Origin: Tolypothrix carrinoi HA7290-LM1
GTDB lineage: Bacteria > Cyanobacteriota > Cyanobacteriia > Cyanobacteriales > Nostocaceae
DNA length: 17,360 nt
Assembly: GCA_019358935.1 (NCBI GenBank)
Contig: JAHHIK010000144.1
Location: 1-17,360, forward strand
Reading direction: 5' to 3'
The notes under the pieces were generated by a model, which had not been told where the DNA came from, made no database searches, and saw nothing but the letters and a program-made list of their open reading frames with translations. Position numbers and translations under genes: made by a program. Of this stretch, positions 16,561 to 17,360 are shown one piece after another; the first letter of the stretch is position 1; each line of letters begins with the position of its first letter.

Positions 16561-16821
16561 ATGCCAAAGCGATTTCCCATAGGTCCATTAGGTGAACATG
16601 ATGATGACTGGCTCACCATTTGGGCTTGGCTTAATAATCGCAGCAAGTCAGTTCAAGCAGCTTTGCTTATCGGCTTTGGAATTGCTGAAAAAAAGCCCGA
16701 AATTGAAAGAATGCTGGAATATATGGCGAAAAAGCGGGGGATGACTCCTGACGAACTGTTCAAAAGCATCCTAGATGGAACTGCTGACAGCAGTGGTAAT
16801 GAGCTAGGTAGTGAGGAATGA
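16561..16821 (+). CDS. Small hypothetical protein, possibly DNA-binding
   Basis: 86 aa from ATG 16561, helical and protein-like composition, divergent from the 65-aa gene. Confidence 0.65.
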   Translation: MPKRFPIGPLGEHDDDWLTIWAWLNNRSKSVQAALLIGFGIAEKKPEIERMLEYMAKKRGMTPDELFKSILDGTADSSGNELGSEE

Positions 16822-16843
16822 TGGGGGGTCGAATTACAGCTTC

Positions 16844-16876
16844 AGATCCCCGACTTCTCTAAGAAGTCGGGGATCT
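16844..16876. repeat. Perfect 15-bp inverted repeat; dispersed repeat or bidirectional terminator
   Basis: AGATCCCCGACTTCT-cta-AGAAGTCGGGGATCT, between convergent genes. Confidence 0.85.
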
Positions 16877-16941
16877 TATTTTTCACGATTGAGAATGGGA
16901 ATGCTATTAAGTGAGCTGCTGCCTCTGACATTTAATCACTT

Positions 16942-17241
16942 TCAAACATCAACAAAACTGCGTAAAATACCCAAAAGTTTCCCAATATCTTGAATAAAAT
17001 ACTCATCTAAATCAACTTCAATTCTTTGTTCAATTAATCTCATAAATTTCCAGACGCTGCCTGTGGTGACAACGCCATAAATAATTTCAATTTTATTTTC
17101 TTTACGTTGATTAAATAATTTTGCGGCAATCATTTCGGCGATACATTGCCCTAATCCAGATTGAATATTATCGTTTTTGGCTTCAACGATTGTAACTACA
17201 GGCGCTTGAATAAATAGCTGTTCTGGAGATAAACTTATTAA
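16942..17241 (-). pseudogene. 5'-truncated PD-(D/E)XK / HsdR-N-like cyanobacterial protein
   Basis: The frame extends upstream of the listed ORF as LISLSPEQLFIQAPVVTIVEAKNDNIQSGLGQCIAEMIAA...YGVVTTGSVWKF. In-frame TGA at 17278-17280 and no start codon for the extended part, so the N-terminal half is missing. Confidence 0.75.
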
Positions 17242-17360
17242 CCCAAGTTGCGGGTTATCGATTGATACGGCTTGTGATCACTCAATTCATGCGATCGCGT
17301 ACAACAAAGTGGCGTTGGTGCGTAGCGCCAACGTGCCGATGCCGTTGTTACCAGTATTCA

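Noticed and set aside
481..16993. Short overlapping ORFs in the track (481, 809, 2232, 4792, 5968, 6252, 6918, 7158, 7849, 7865, 9593, 9808, 10132, 11775, 13242, 14379, 14647, 16811)
   Set aside because: They are antisense or off-frame shadows of better-supported genes or repeats and have no recognisable motifs.
17281..17360. Gene end or hairpin (CGTTGGTGC-gta-GCGCCAACG) at the right edge
   Set aside because: Too little sequence to decide between a coding tail and a small repeat.

Overview
Filamentous heterocyst-type cyanobacterial DNA (about 20 HIP1 GCGATCGC octamers, an STRR2 heptamer array, Nostocales-style small dispersed repeats). The right third is ordinary chromosome: a TPR gene, a sigma-70-like gene, a glyoxalase-like gene, DUF29, lysS, small hypotheticals and two gene remnants. 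The left 10.8 kb is an accessory island on the minus strand. An ECF sigma factor fused to an IS1 InsA-like zinc-ribbon/HTH domain is followed by two gene pairs: an exported CxxCH protein plus an uncharacterised 'QDEYCEW' protein, and a VioB-like ferritin plus a YCF48-like propeller with a FlgD-type tail. Each pair is preceded by the same ungapped 192-bp segment (about 93% identical), which ends in an ECF-like promoter motif. Between the pairs lie an apparently intact IscB with its omegaRNA and a 5x63-bp tandem array. The window appears to start in the 3' end of a second IscB. A MITE carrying nested small repeats separates the ferritin and propeller genes. All calls come from motif recognition by eye; no searches were run.
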